The position numbers were made by a program, and so were the translations under genes. Shown here piece by piece: positions 8,240 to 17,430 of a stretch of DNA of 29,059 nt. Origin of the DNA: Opitutales bacterium (GTDB taxonomy: Bacteria > Verrucomicrobiota > Verrucomicrobiia > Opitutales > T3Sed10-336); contig DATGSL010000239.1 of assembly GCA_035302665.1 (NCBI GenBank), positions 1 to 29,059 of the forward strand, in the 5' to 3' direction. The notes beneath the pieces were generated by a model, which saw only the letters and a list, made by a program, of their open reading frames with translations, ran no database searches and was not told where the DNA came from. Position 1 is the stretch's first letter. Every line of letters begins with the position of its first letter.

Positions 8240-9334
8240 TTATTTTGGTTCATTTCGGGTGGCGGAGCGTTCGATCTCGTCGATCGTCTGATGGAGCGCA
8301 ACGGCGTCGCGAAAACTGGGCGCGGTGCGTGTTCCTGACCGGATGTCATTTGCTATCAAGGCGTAGAGACGGGCGACGTTGCGCGCCACCGAGCTGTTCG
8401 GCCAACCTTCGTATAACGAAGCCGGTGGTGTGAGCGGCTCCAATTCCTTCATCTCGCCGTTGCCACCGCGGATCGATAATTGCACGATCTGGGCGTGGCC
8501 ATTGTCTCCGGTTATCTGGATATCGCCTTCGGTGCCATTGATTTCCCAGCGAAAGTTTGTTCCGCGGCAGATGCCACCGCGATAGTGGATGGAGAAGGCG
8601 GCTCCACTTTTGAGTGCGCCGTGCACGAGGATTTGGTCATCGGTGTTTTTGGGGACGACTTTTTCTTCATCGATCAAGCGAACGGCGGTGCGGCGGTTGA
8701 TCATGCGGGCGGTTAGATTTTTGATATCGCCCAAAACTTCTTGAACGCCGGCGATTGTATGTCCGACCGGAATACTGAGAAGGGTCGCTCCGTTGCTTTT
8801 GTCATAAAGATAAGCATGGGCGGCATCGGTTTCATCGCCCCATTGACCGCCGCTGCCGACGAGAGTTGTCGAAAGCACTTCGCCCACATAGCCATCTTCG
8901 ATGAGCTGGCGGAGATATTCGATTTCCGGAGCGACGCGCATTTGCGTACCGACCGCCGCGACCACGCCTTTCGCGTCGGCGAGATCGGCTAATTCCTGTG
9001 CTTCGGCTAAGCCGTTTCCGAGCGGCCATTCGCAATAAACATGCTTTTCCGCGTTCAACGCAGCTGTTACCAGTTCGTGGTGATGAGGAACTTTAACGGT
9101 GACAACGACGAGGTCGATCTCGGGAGAATCGACCAGCGCCTGTGGGTTTTCGAATGCGTGGGGCAACTCGAAGACGTCGGCGGCTCTCTTTGCGCTCGCT
9201 AAGCTGGTGTTGGCAACGCCGACTACTTTGAAACCGTCCGGCAGTGCTTGCAGGGCGGGAATATGGGCGGTGGAGGCCCAGTGGAGGTTCGGATTGAGAC
9301 CGATGAATCCGACTCGGATCGGTTTGTTTTTCAT
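8240..9334 (-). CDS. Gfo/Idh/MocA family NAD(P)-dependent oxidoreductase
   Basis: IRVGFIG, HIPALQAL, VDLVV-like DLVVVTVKVPHH and KHVYCEWPLG motifs. Start placed at ATG 9334 (MKNKPIRVG). Confidence 0.9.
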   Translation of the reverse strand: MKNKPIRVGFIGLNPNLHWASTAHIPALQALPDGFKVVGVANTSLASAKRAADVFELPHAFENPQALVDSPEIDLVVVTVKVPHHHELVTAALNAEKHVYCEWPLGNGLAEAQELADLADAKGVVAAVGTQMRVAPEIEYLRQLIEDGYVGEVLSTTLVGSGGQWGDETDAAHAYLYDKSNGATLLSIPVGHTIAGVQEVLGDIKNLTARMINRRTAVRLIDEEKVVPKNTDDQILVHGALKSGAAFSIHYRGGICRGTNFRWEINGTEGDIQITGDNGHAQIVQLSIRGGNGEMKELEPLTPPASLYEGWPNSSVARNVARLYALIANDIRSGTRTAPSFRDAVALHQTIDEIERSATRNEPK

Positions 9335-9632
9335 AAAATGTTCTAAAATGTTCCTGGCAGTTATTTCTGAAATGATCGTGCCAGTTATCTTCTGAAAAAG
9401 CAAAAACCGAGGTGAGTTCGTCCCGGTTTTTCGATCGGGGATTTAGGCAGTTGAAGAAGGGTCTGTTCTTTGCCTATCGCGATTGAACCGCCGAAGGTTT
9501 CGGCTTAGGATATCTGGATGAAACGAACCTCACGACTCCCAGCTCCCTGAATACACGAAACCGGCACGGGTCGTTTGGCTGCAATGTCCGGGGGCGCCGT
9601 AATAAAACCAAATCAATTCTACCAAGAACACC

Positions 9633-10773
9633 ATGAACATGGAAACAACGGATACTTCGAAAAGCGGCCGCGAGATCAAGGCTGCGGTGGTACGCGAAAA
9701 GGGAGGGCCCTTTCAACTTGAAACATTGACTCTCGGAAAGCCGCGAGCCGATGAAGTGCTGGTCAAAATTGTCGCCAACGGGGATGTGTCACACCGATAT
9801 GGTGGCACGCGATAAGGTTTATGATGTGCCGCATCCGATCATTCTTGGACACGAGGGCGCGGGAATTGTGGAAAGTGTTGGAGAGGACGTGCAAGAGGTT
9901 GTTCCTGGCGACCCGGTCGTGCTCTCTTATTTGCCGTGCGGAAAATGTTCCCCCTGTCTTCTCGGTCAACCTTTTCACTGTGTGAACACCTATCCGCTTT
10001 GTTTCGGCGGGGCCCGTCTCGACGGAACCACTGCCACGACCGATGCGGACGGAAATCCGGTTCACGATCATTTTTTCGCGCAATCGTCGTTTGGCACCTT
10101 TGCGCTGGCGAATGAAGGCAACGTTGTCAAGGTGCCCAAGGACGCACCGTTGGAACTGTTGGGGCCGCTCGGGTGCGGGATCCAAACAGGTGCGGGCGCG
10201 GTGATGAATTCGCTGAGAGTGGGCGCTGGAAAGAGCCTGGTTGTTTTCGGAGCGGGGGCGGTCGGATTATCGGCGGTTATGGCTGCGCGTGTGGTCGGTG
10301 CGACGACGATTATCGCGGCCGATGTTGTTCCTTCGCGGCTCGGGTTGGCCAAAGAATTAGGAGCGACGCACGTCATCAACAGCAAGGAGGAAGATCCGGT
10401 GGAGGCGGTGAAAAAAATCACCGACGGCGGCGCTGACTATTCGCTCGAAGCGACTGGTATTCCGGCGGTCTTACGTCAGGCGATCGAGGCGATCGATGTG
10501 CTCGGGATTTGTGGCATCGTCGGAGCGGCTCCTCTCGGTGCGGATGGTTCGTTCGACATCAACGACGTCATGATTCCGGGCAAAACCATTCGGGGAATTC
10601 TTCAGGGCGCGAGCATTCCGAAGATTTTTATTCCCCGCCTGGTGGAACTCCACACGCAAGGACGTTTTCCCTTCGACAAACTGGTAAAGTTTTACGATTT
10701 CGACCAAATCAATCAGGCGGCCGAAGACAGCGAAAATGGGACGACGATCAAACCGATTATTCGTATCGGTTAA
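9633..10773 (+). pseudogene. Zn-dependent aryl-alcohol/benzyl alcohol dehydrogenase (XylB/AreB-like) with a 1-nt insertion frameshift near 9777; pseudogene or sequencing error
   Basis: Frame 1 gives IKAAVVREKGGPF...DEVLVKIVA. Frame 2 continues TGMCHTD, GHEGAG, CGKCSPC, GCGIQTGAGAV, GAGAVG, GKTIRG..G, KPIIRI. Total length of 1141 nt = 380 codons + 1. Confidence 0.85.
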
Positions 10774-10803
10774 AATATTGGGCGTTGAGTAAAGCCTTGT
10801 GTA

Positions 10804-10925
10804 TCCGACCGGGAAACGAGGCTTCAGGATCGGTCCCGGTTGGAATTATATGCCGATCGGGAAATCGGCGTGCCCGGGAACGCCAATCTCCTGATTGGCA
10901 GAAGCCACAACAAAAGCCCGGGCAC
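10804..10925. other. Multi-stem structured element (candidate ncRNA or REP-like), family unrecognised
   Basis: Stems 10804-10814/10834-10844, 10852-10857/10864-10869, and 10870-10878/10917-10925 enclosing 10882-10888/10893-10899. Confidence 0.4.
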
Positions 10926-11110
10926 CAAACCGCCACCTTTCTCCAGAGCCACCCGAAAGTAAATACGCGAGTTTATTTATCGACATTCGCTGAACGGTCG
11001 ACGTGAAGTGGCGCGATCTTTTTTGCTGCTGATGGACGTTCCTGTTTTGGAGCGGCAACCGTTTTGGGGAACCGAGAAAAATGTTTTAACGGTCGGTTTT
11101 TGCTGCTTGA

Positions 11111-11139
11111 ATGACCGTTTGTGGGATTTGTTTTATAAT
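11111..11139 (+). promoter_or_regulatory. Candidate sigma70 promoter of the M14 peptidase gene
   Basis: ATGACC (11111-11116), a 17-bp spacer, then perfect TATAAT (11134-11139) in an AT-rich stretch. Confidence 0.5.
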
Positions 11140-11214
11140 CGTAATTTAAAAATAGGAGTTGACGGTCATCGTTGGCCTGCGATCGATGATCGGTTAAGGA
11201 TGAGTTGATATTCA

Positions 11215-11979
11215 ATGGGTTATATAGGTGAAAAGTTAGATGTGGAAGCGACGCTCGATGGATTGCTGCGGGTTGCGGAAAAAGAAAAGTTTCAAGTCGA
11301 GACGATGACGGAAGTCGGCGGATTTCCGATTTATTCTTTTTTGCGATTGGGAAATCGAGGTGCGCCGATCATTTATCTTTCCGCCGGTCTGCATGGGGAT
11401 GAGCCGGCAGGGCCGCTCGCGATCCTCAGACTTTTGGAGACCGGTTTGCCGCACGATATTTCCTGGGTGATTTGTCCGCTGATGAATCCGACCGGGCTAG
11501 ATGCGAAAACCCGCGAAAACAGTGCGGGTGTCGATTTGAACCGCGATTATTTAAATCCGACTCAACCAGAGACTCAGGCGCATATTCGTTGGCTGAATCG
11601 TCAGCGAAGCTTCGACTTGGCTCTTCTCCTTCACGAAGATTGGGAGACGAGTGGATTTTACCTTTACGAAGTAAATCCCACCAAAGAAGGTTTCGGACTC
11701 GGGCGGAAGATTTTGCGGGCCGTTTCCGAGCATTGTCCGATTGAAAAGGCGGACACGATCGACGGAAGTGAGGCGATCGACGGGCTGATCATCCCGGATA
11801 CGGAGAATTTCGAGCGTGAGGATTGGCCGGAGGCTTTTTACCTGATCAAGCGTCACAATCAGCCGAACTATACTCTGGAATCGCCGTCGTCGCTCGACCT
11901 GGAGACGCGCGTCAATGCCTTGAAAGTAGCCGTTCGGGCTGGCTCGTCGGCGTTTATCAGCGGGCGGCTTCAGGATTAG
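11215..11979 (+). CDS. M14 family zinc metallocarboxypeptidase (succinylglutamate desuccinylase/MpaA-like)
   Basis: AGLHGDEPAG (HxxE Zn ligands), MNPTG, RENSAGVDLNRDY, LHED (third ligand) and a late TLESP catalytic Glu. Confidence 0.88.
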   Translation: MGYIGEKLDVEATLDGLLRVAEKEKFQVETMTEVGGFPIYSFLRLGNRGAPIIYLSAGLHGDEPAGPLAILRLLETGLPHDISWVICPLMNPTGLDAKTRENSAGVDLNRDYLNPTQPETQAHIRWLNRQRSFDLALLLHEDWETSGFYLYEVNPTKEGFGLGRKILRAVSEHCPIEKADTIDGSEAIDGLIIPDTENFEREDWPEAFYLIKRHNQPNYTLESPSSLDLETRVNALKVAVRAGSSAFISGRLQD

Positions 11980-12793
11980 AAATCGCTTTCAGTTTTTCTT
12001 CGACGTCCTCGATCTGTAGGTTTTCGCGCAGGAAAGCTTGTAAAGTCGGAGTCAACGGCGCCGTAAAGGTTTTCGTAAAGTTCGGTACGTTAAAGGAAAG
12101 TGCATACGCATGGAGCGCTTGGTGACGAAGTGGCAATGAATCTTCCAGCCGCGGCGTCCAACCCTTTTCGATAAATTCGAGGTAAAGGGTGTCGTCGGCT
12201 CCGTAAATCTTGTCGGCCACGACCGGATGATTCAGCCAAAAGGCATGGGCGCGGATCTGATGTTTTCGCCCTGTGTGCGGAATGACTTTTGCCAAAGTGT
12301 AACCGCCGGAGGATATTAGAGGAATGAATTCGGTTTCGGCTTTTTTCGAACTGTTCGATTTGCGAACTGTTTGCCGGATGTAGACCGGACTTTCGATGTC
12401 GCGTGCGAGATGATTGCTAACCTGGACTCTTTCCTGCAGCTCTCCCTCCAAGATCGCAAGATAGGTTTTGCTGACCTGACGGTTTTGGAACGCCATTTGC
12501 GTGAGGCGCGCTGACTGTCGGTTTTTCGCCATCAGGACCAAGCCGCTTGTTTCGCGATCGATCCGGTGAACAAGATGAATCGTCTCGACGTCGAGATATT
12601 CGCGGCAGGCACCGACGAGGCTCGACCATGGACCCTGTTTCGACGGGTGGCAGACGATTCCGCCCGGTTTATTGATTGCGAGCAGATCCTCGTCTTCGAA
12701 GACGATCCAGGAAGAAAACTCCTCCGGCCTGATGAGTGGAGGATTTGCGGATGCAGAATCGCTGCTGTCGGGAATTGGATTGTCGATTTCCAT
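11957..12793 (-). CDS. RluA family pseudouridine synthase
   Basis: INKPGG..CHP, VHRIDRETSG (catalytic Asp), PHTGRKHQIRAH, HPVVADKIYG, LHAYAL. Start at ATG 12793, 4 nt after the SDR stop. The 3' end overlaps the convergent M14 gene by 23 nt. Confidence 0.92.
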   Translation of the reverse strand: MEIDNPIPDSSDSASANPPLIRPEEFSSWIVFEDEDLLAINKPGGIVCHPSKQGPWSSLVGACREYLDVETIHLVHRIDRETSGLVLMAKNRQSARLTQMAFQNRQVSKTYLAILEGELQERVQVSNHLARDIESPVYIRQTVRKSNSSKKAETEFIPLISSGGYTLAKVIPHTGRKHQIRAHAFWLNHPVVADKIYGADDTLYLEFIEKGWTPRLEDSLPLRHQALHAYALSFNVPNFTKTFTAPLTPTLQAFLRENLQIEDVEEKLKAISNPEAAR

Positions 12794-12797
12794 GTGA

Positions 12798-13610
12798 TTA
12801 TTTTTTCGGTCGGCTGTATTGTCGAAGCAGGCGTTCGCCAATGCGTGCTGCGAGCGATTTGGGCAATCGACTCGAAGTCGTGGCTAAAAATTTGTTCAAC
12901 ATTCCGGGTACAGCGAGTTTTTTGCCTTTATCGAGTGCTTTAAGAGAATCGGCGACAACCTTCTCGACGGAGAGACCGATCGCATCGGGAACAACCGGTT
13001 CCTGAAAGCCGGCCCGCCGGTAGAAGGCTGTGCCGGTCGGACCGGGGCAAATCGTGAGAACCTGGATGCCGGTTTTTCGCAGTTCCTCGCCGAGAGCCAA
13101 TCCCCAATGGAGAAGAAAAGCCTTCGATGCTCCGTAGGTTGCCATGTAAGGAGTCGGTTGAAAGGCAGCGGTGGAGGCGATATTTACGATCGCGCCGCCC
13201 CGTTTTTTGAGTAACGGCAGGAGAAGAGATGTCAGATGGACAACAGCCTTCACATTGACGTCGATCATATCGAGATGCTCCTCGATGCCGGGCGTGGGAA
13301 AGAATCCGTAGGCGCCGAATCCGCTGTTGTTGATCAATAAAATTTCGCCCGGACGGTCCTGGAGCAGTTCGATGAGCTTTTCAGCAGCTGCTTCGAGTTC
13401 GTTCCGTTGCCCGAGGTCGCATGGAAGGTGGTAAAACGGATAATTAATGAAGTTTTCCGCCGGTTTGGAACGAGAAAGGTTGCAAATCAACGGGCGGTTC
13501 TCTAAAGTCCGGAGTTGGTGAATGAAATATTTTCCAATTCCCGACGACCCTCCGGTAATGATCACATTACCAATCGCTTTCAATTTCCCACCCCTCAAAA
13601 AGCTTTCCAT
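12798..13610 (-). CDS. SDR family oxidoreductase
   Basis: ITGGSSGIG, LINNSGFG, NIASTAA and the YGASK (YxxxK) motif. Start uncertain (ATG 13610 or TTG 13583). Confidence 0.9.
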   Translation of the reverse strand: MESFLRGGKLKAIGNVIITGGSSGIGKYFIHQLRTLENRPLICNLSRSKPAENFINYPFYHLPCDLGQRNELEAAAEKLIELLQDRPGEILLINNSGFGAYGFFPTPGIEEHLDMIDVNVKAVVHLTSLLLPLLKKRGGAIVNIASTAAFQPTPYMATYGASKAFLLHWGLALGEELRKTGIQVLTICPGPTGTAFYRRAGFQEPVVPDAIGLSVEKVVADSLKALDKGKKLAVPGMLNKFLATTSSRLPKSLAARIGERLLRQYSRPKK

Positions 13611-13669
13611 CGCAACTGCTGTCCGTCTCACGGAGCAGTTGCTAAACACCAAAACAAAGGAAGTCAAAA

Positions 13670-14038
13670 ATGAACAATCGTGATTTGATTATCTCCGGGC
13701 GACATCTCCCCCTCACTGAATCCCTTAAAGCTTATGTTCGGGAGAAGACAGATAAGCTCTTCCGGCATGAGGAACGCATTGTTCGGATTCGGATCGAGCT
13801 GGAAGGGGGGAACTCCCAATCCCGGGAGCCGACCTTTCGGGCGCGTGGGATAATTGAAATCGCCGGACGGGACATGTTCGCTTCCGAGGTTTCGGACGAC
13901 ATGTACAAGTCGATTGACCTTCTCACGGATAAATTGACGCGGATGATCCGGCGTCGCTCCCGGTTGGAGCGGGTAAAGCGGAAAAACCCCCAATCGGTAG
14001 AGATTCCGTCGGTTTTGCCGAAGGTTGCGACGGCATAA
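13670..14038 (+). CDS. hpf: Ribosome hibernation promoting factor (HPF/RaiA)
   Basis: ISGRHLPLTESLKAYVREKTDKL...DMYKSIDLLTDKLTRMIRR, the sigma54-modulation/S30EA signature. Confidence 0.93.
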   Translation: MNNRDLIISGRHLPLTESLKAYVREKTDKLFRHEERIVRIRIELEGGNSQSREPTFRARGIIEIAGRDMFASEVSDDMYKSIDLLTDKLTRMIRRRSRLERVKRKNPQSVEIPSVLPKVATA

Positions 14039-14042
14039 CTGC

Positions 14043-14097
14043 TGCAAAAATGATGCCACGCACCCCGATTTTTGCGGGGTGTGTGGAAGTTTTTGCA
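14043..14097 (+). terminator. Hairpin terminator after hpf
   Basis: CCACGCACCCCG/CGGGGTGTGTGG stem (14056-14086) within outer TGCAAAAA/TTTTTGCA arms. Confidence 0.7.
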
Positions 14098-14158
14098 TTT
14101 CTTTGAAAGTTCTTCTTGAAAAACCCCGCGACCTCCTTCAGTTTCCTTTCTTTCCGCA

Positions 14159-14235
<77 letters not shown>

Positions 14236-14245
14236 TTTGATAATC

Positions 14246-14283
14246 AGCGACTTACGGATGAAGAATCGAAGTCGCTTTTTTTT
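14246..14283 (+). terminator. Terminator downstream of tRNA-Arg
   Basis: AGCGACTT (14246-14253) / AAGTCGCT (14269-14276) followed by a T run. Confidence 0.7.
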
Positions 14284-14407
14284 ATGGCTCGGCAATATTC
14301 TCGTTCCCAACCTGCTTTTTTGTACCGCTTTCTGAATTGCCTTCAGTTTGTGCGAGCTTCATCTTAAAGCGTTTAAGCCTTTACCGGAGGAGAAACGGAC
14401 GGCCCTT

Positions 14408-16219
14408 ATGAAAAGTTTTATCAAAATTGTTTTTGGAAACCTGATTGCGCTCTTTCTTTTCGGGTTCTTTTCATTCTTTTTCATGTTCGCTCTTCTCAGC
14501 GGACTTCTCGTCAGCGGTTTTAGCACACTTTTTGAAGAGAAGGCTTCGCGGGTCGATCAGGGCTCGGTGCTTGTTTTCAATCTTTCCGCAAATCTGACCG
14601 ATTCCCCGCCGCGGGAGGAGGTATGGCGCGTGCTTGAGGAATCTTTTGGGGCAGCTTCGGCGCCGGTTTATTCGCTGCGCTCCGTGACCGATGCAGTGAG
14701 GGCGGCGGCCGAGGATCCGCGTGTATCTTCGATGTTTTTGCGCGGAAATCTTATTCCCGAAGGCACCGGTTCCGGTTTTGCAGCCCTTCGCGAATTGCGA
14801 GCGGCGTTGCTCGATTTCCGGGCATCGGGCAAGCCGTTGATCGCCTATATCGAAACTCCGACTGTGCGCGATTATTACGTAGCTTCGGCTGCCGATCGGA
14901 TTATTATGAATCCTTATGGGATGGTCGGTTTGAGCGGACTTGCGTCGCAGCAGATTTTTATTGCCGGTACGCTCGAGCGCTACGGGATCGGTGTTCAGGT
15001 GACACGGGCCGGACGGTTTAAATCGGCGGTCGAAATGTTTACCGAGGAGGGGATGTCCGAGGCAAATCGGTTGCAGATCGAAGAACTTTTGGCCGATCTT
15101 TGGGAAGAAATTTTGGAAGGGATCGGCGAAAGCCGTGGAATTTTGGTGGAGGAATTGCAGCAGCTGGCCGATTCGCATGGCTATATCGATCCGGAAATTG
15201 CGCAGGAATATCGGTTGGTGGATGAGGTCGCTTATCTTGATGAGGTTTTGGACGGGCTGGAAAACATTTCTGAAACAAATACGGCCGGCGACTTTCCGCG
15301 GGTTGGAATGGCGTCGTATGTGAAAAATCGCGAACTTCAATCCGGGGCGAGAATCAGGAACAAAATCGCGGTCGTCTATATGGAAGGGGAAATTGTCGAT
15401 GGCGAAGGATCGGCCACCTCGGTCGGGTCGAGTCGTTATGCGCGCGAGCTGCGGCAGCTTCGGCAGGATCCGTCGGTCCGTGCGATTGTGATCCGGGTCA
15501 ATAGCCCTGGAGGAAGCGTTACAGCGGCTGAAACGATTCACCGGGAAATCGCGTTGGCTAGCGAGGCGGTGCCGGTGGTGGTTTCGTTTGGAAGCTTGGC
15601 GGCATCGGGAGGATATTGGGTTGCGACCGGCGGGGATTATATTTTTTCCCAGCCGAATACGATTACCGGCTCGATTGGGGTCTTTGGGATTTATCCGAAC
15701 TTCCAGGAACTGGCAAATCGGCACGGTGTGGTCTTTGAGACGGTCCGGACGGCGACCTTTGCCGATGTCTTTTCGCTGACCCGAGCGAAGACAGAAGAGG
15801 AAATGGAGTTGATTCAGGAGCTGGTCGATCAGGTTTATGTCGATTTTCTTACGCGGGTGGCTGTGGCGCGCGAAATGTCGATCGATCAGGTTCGCGAACT
15901 GGCGGAGGGGCGGGTTTGGTCGGGGAAAGAAGCTCATCGACATGGCTTGGTCGATGAGATCGGTGGATTGGGCGATGCGATATCCTACGCGGCTAAGGCG
16001 GCCGGTTTGGATCGATGGGATCTTTACGAATTTCCGCAAGCGGCCGATTTCGCCGAACGACTCGCGCAGATGTTTGCTCCGGAGGAGGGACCGCTTGTCG
16101 TGCGGGATTCTTATCAGGAGTTGGTCAGCGATTTGAGGGCGAATTATCAAAGTCTCAAACTGCTGAACGATCCGCGGGGATTCTATGCGCGGCTGCCCTT
16201 TTCCTTGCGGATTGAGTGA
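14408..16219 (+). CDS. sppA: Signal peptide peptidase A (protease IV, 67K type)
   Basis: N-terminal TM, tandem S49 domains, GRFKSAVE (Lys), VIRVNSPGGS, AASGGY (Ser), TITGSIGV, EGRVWSG. Start at ATG 14408. Confidence 0.96.
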   Translation: MKSFIKIVFGNLIALFLFGFFSFFFMFALLSGLLVSGFSTLFEEKASRVDQGSVLVFNLSANLTDSPPREEVWRVLEESFGAASAPVYSLRSVTDAVRAAAEDPRVSSMFLRGNLIPEGTGSGFAALRELRAALLDFRASGKPLIAYIETPTVRDYYVASAADRIIMNPYGMVGLSGLASQQIFIAGTLERYGIGVQVTRAGRFKSAVEMFTEEGMSEANRLQIEELLADLWEEILEGIGESRGILVEELQQLADSHGYIDPEIAQEYRLVDEVAYLDEVLDGLENISETNTAGDFPRVGMASYVKNRELQSGARIRNKIAVVYMEGEIVDGEGSATSVGSSRYARELRQLRQDPSVRAIVIRVNSPGGSVTAAETIHREIALASEAVPVVVSFGSLAASGGYWVATGGDYIFSQPNTITGSIGVFGIYPNFQELANRHGVVFETVRTATFADVFSLTRAKTEEEMELIQELVDQVYVDFLTRVAVAREMSIDQVRELAEGRVWSGKEAHRHGLVDEIGGLGDAISYAAKAAGLDRWDLYEFPQAADFAERLAQMFAPEEGPLVVRDSYQELVSDLRANYQSLKLLNDPRGFYARLPFSLRIE

Positions 16220-16283
16220 TTCCGGTAGGTTTCCTAAGACCTTTCCCGCTTGCATTTTAAATCAATTGCCCAATCTTACAGAG

Positions 16284-17430
16284 ATGATGAATCCTGAAAT
16301 ACGTAACAAACTCGAAGAGATGGAAAAGCGCGCCGGATACCTATGGAGGTATCTTTGACGTCGGTAAACGACAATTAGATATCCAGGCGCTTGAGGCGCA
16401 GATGGCCCAGCCCGGATTTTGGGATGATCAGACGGCTGCACAAAAAACGATTGGTGAAGTCAATCGCCTGAAATCGTCGATTGAAGGAGTCGTCGAATTG
16501 AAGCAGGAACTCGAAGATGCGCAGACGATGCTTGAGCTGCTCGACGAATCGGGCGCTTCGGAAGGCTCGGATGACATGCGTGAGGTCGCAGCTTCGATTG
16601 AGGAGCTTTACGAGAAGATGGATGAGCTTGAGGTTCATTCGTTTCTTTCCGGTCCGCATGATCATCTCAACGCGATCATCACCATTCACTCTGGGGCCGG
16701 TGGCACCGAATCGTGCGATTGGGCCGATATGCTTTTTCGTCTTTACACGCGTTGGGCTGAAAAGCGCGGATTAAAAGTAGAGGTGCAGGACCTGCAGCCG
16801 GGGGATGAAGCTGGATTAAGCCGCGTTACTTTCCGTGTGATCGGTGAAAATGCTTACGGTTTTGCAAAAGCCGAACGGGGCGTTCACCGCTTGGTCCGGA
16901 TCAGTCCCTTCGACTCAAACAAACGGCGACATACGTCCTTTTGTTCGGTCGACGTTATCGCGGAAATCGACGATGGAGATTTTGAGGTCGAAATCGACGA
17001 AAAGGATCTGCGGATCGACACGTATCGCTCGAGTGGAAAAGGAGGGCAGCACGTGAATACGACCGACTCAGCGGTTCGAATCACTCACTTGCCGACGAAT
17101 ATCGTTGCCGCCTGTCAGAATGAGCGTTCGCAGATGAAGAACAAAGCGGCTGCGATGAAAGTGCTCAAATCCCGCCTCTATGAGCGGATGCTCGATGAGA
17201 AGAGGAGTGAGATGGAAAAGTTTTACGGCGAAAAGAACGAAATCGGCTGGGGGAACCAGATCCGAAGCTACGTTTTTCAACCGTATCAAATGGTGAAGGA
17301 TCTCCGCACCGGAGTGGAAACCGGCAATTTGCAGGAGGTGATGGACGGCGGCATCGATCCGTTTATCCATGCTTGGTTGCGGGCGGGATGTCCTTCAGTT
17401 CGAAATAAGGAAGCCCAGGTAGATGTCTGA
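16284..17430 (+). CDS. prfB: Peptide chain release factor 2, translated via programmed +1 frameshift
   Basis: The 0-frame [24 protein letters not shown] ends at CTT TGA C, and the +1 frame continues DVGKRQLD. Also [20 protein letters not shown] (SPF anticodon mimic), GGQ and WGNQIRSY. Confidence 0.97.
16345..16359 (+). promoter_or_regulatory. prfB +1 ribosomal frameshift site
   Basis: Internal SD GGAGGT (16345-16350) followed by AT CTT TGA C (CTT 16353-16355, TGA 16356-16358). Confidence 0.95.

Noticed and set aside
9400-9510. Several short hairpins between the Gfo/Idh/MocA and dehydrogenase genes
   Set aside because: The stems are short or imperfect and expected by chance in a divergent promoter region; no family match.
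10804-10925. Cobalamin or purine riboswitch assignment for the structured element
   Set aside because: It has GGGAA and (on the minus strand) CATATAAT fragments, but lacks the B12 box/GCAACTGT or the purine UCUAC core, and its position does not fit.
14471-16255. 594-aa antisense ORF over sppA
   Set aside because: It is in exact antisense codon register with sppA and stays open because the sense gene avoids TTA, CTA and TCA there. The translation shows no protein motifs.
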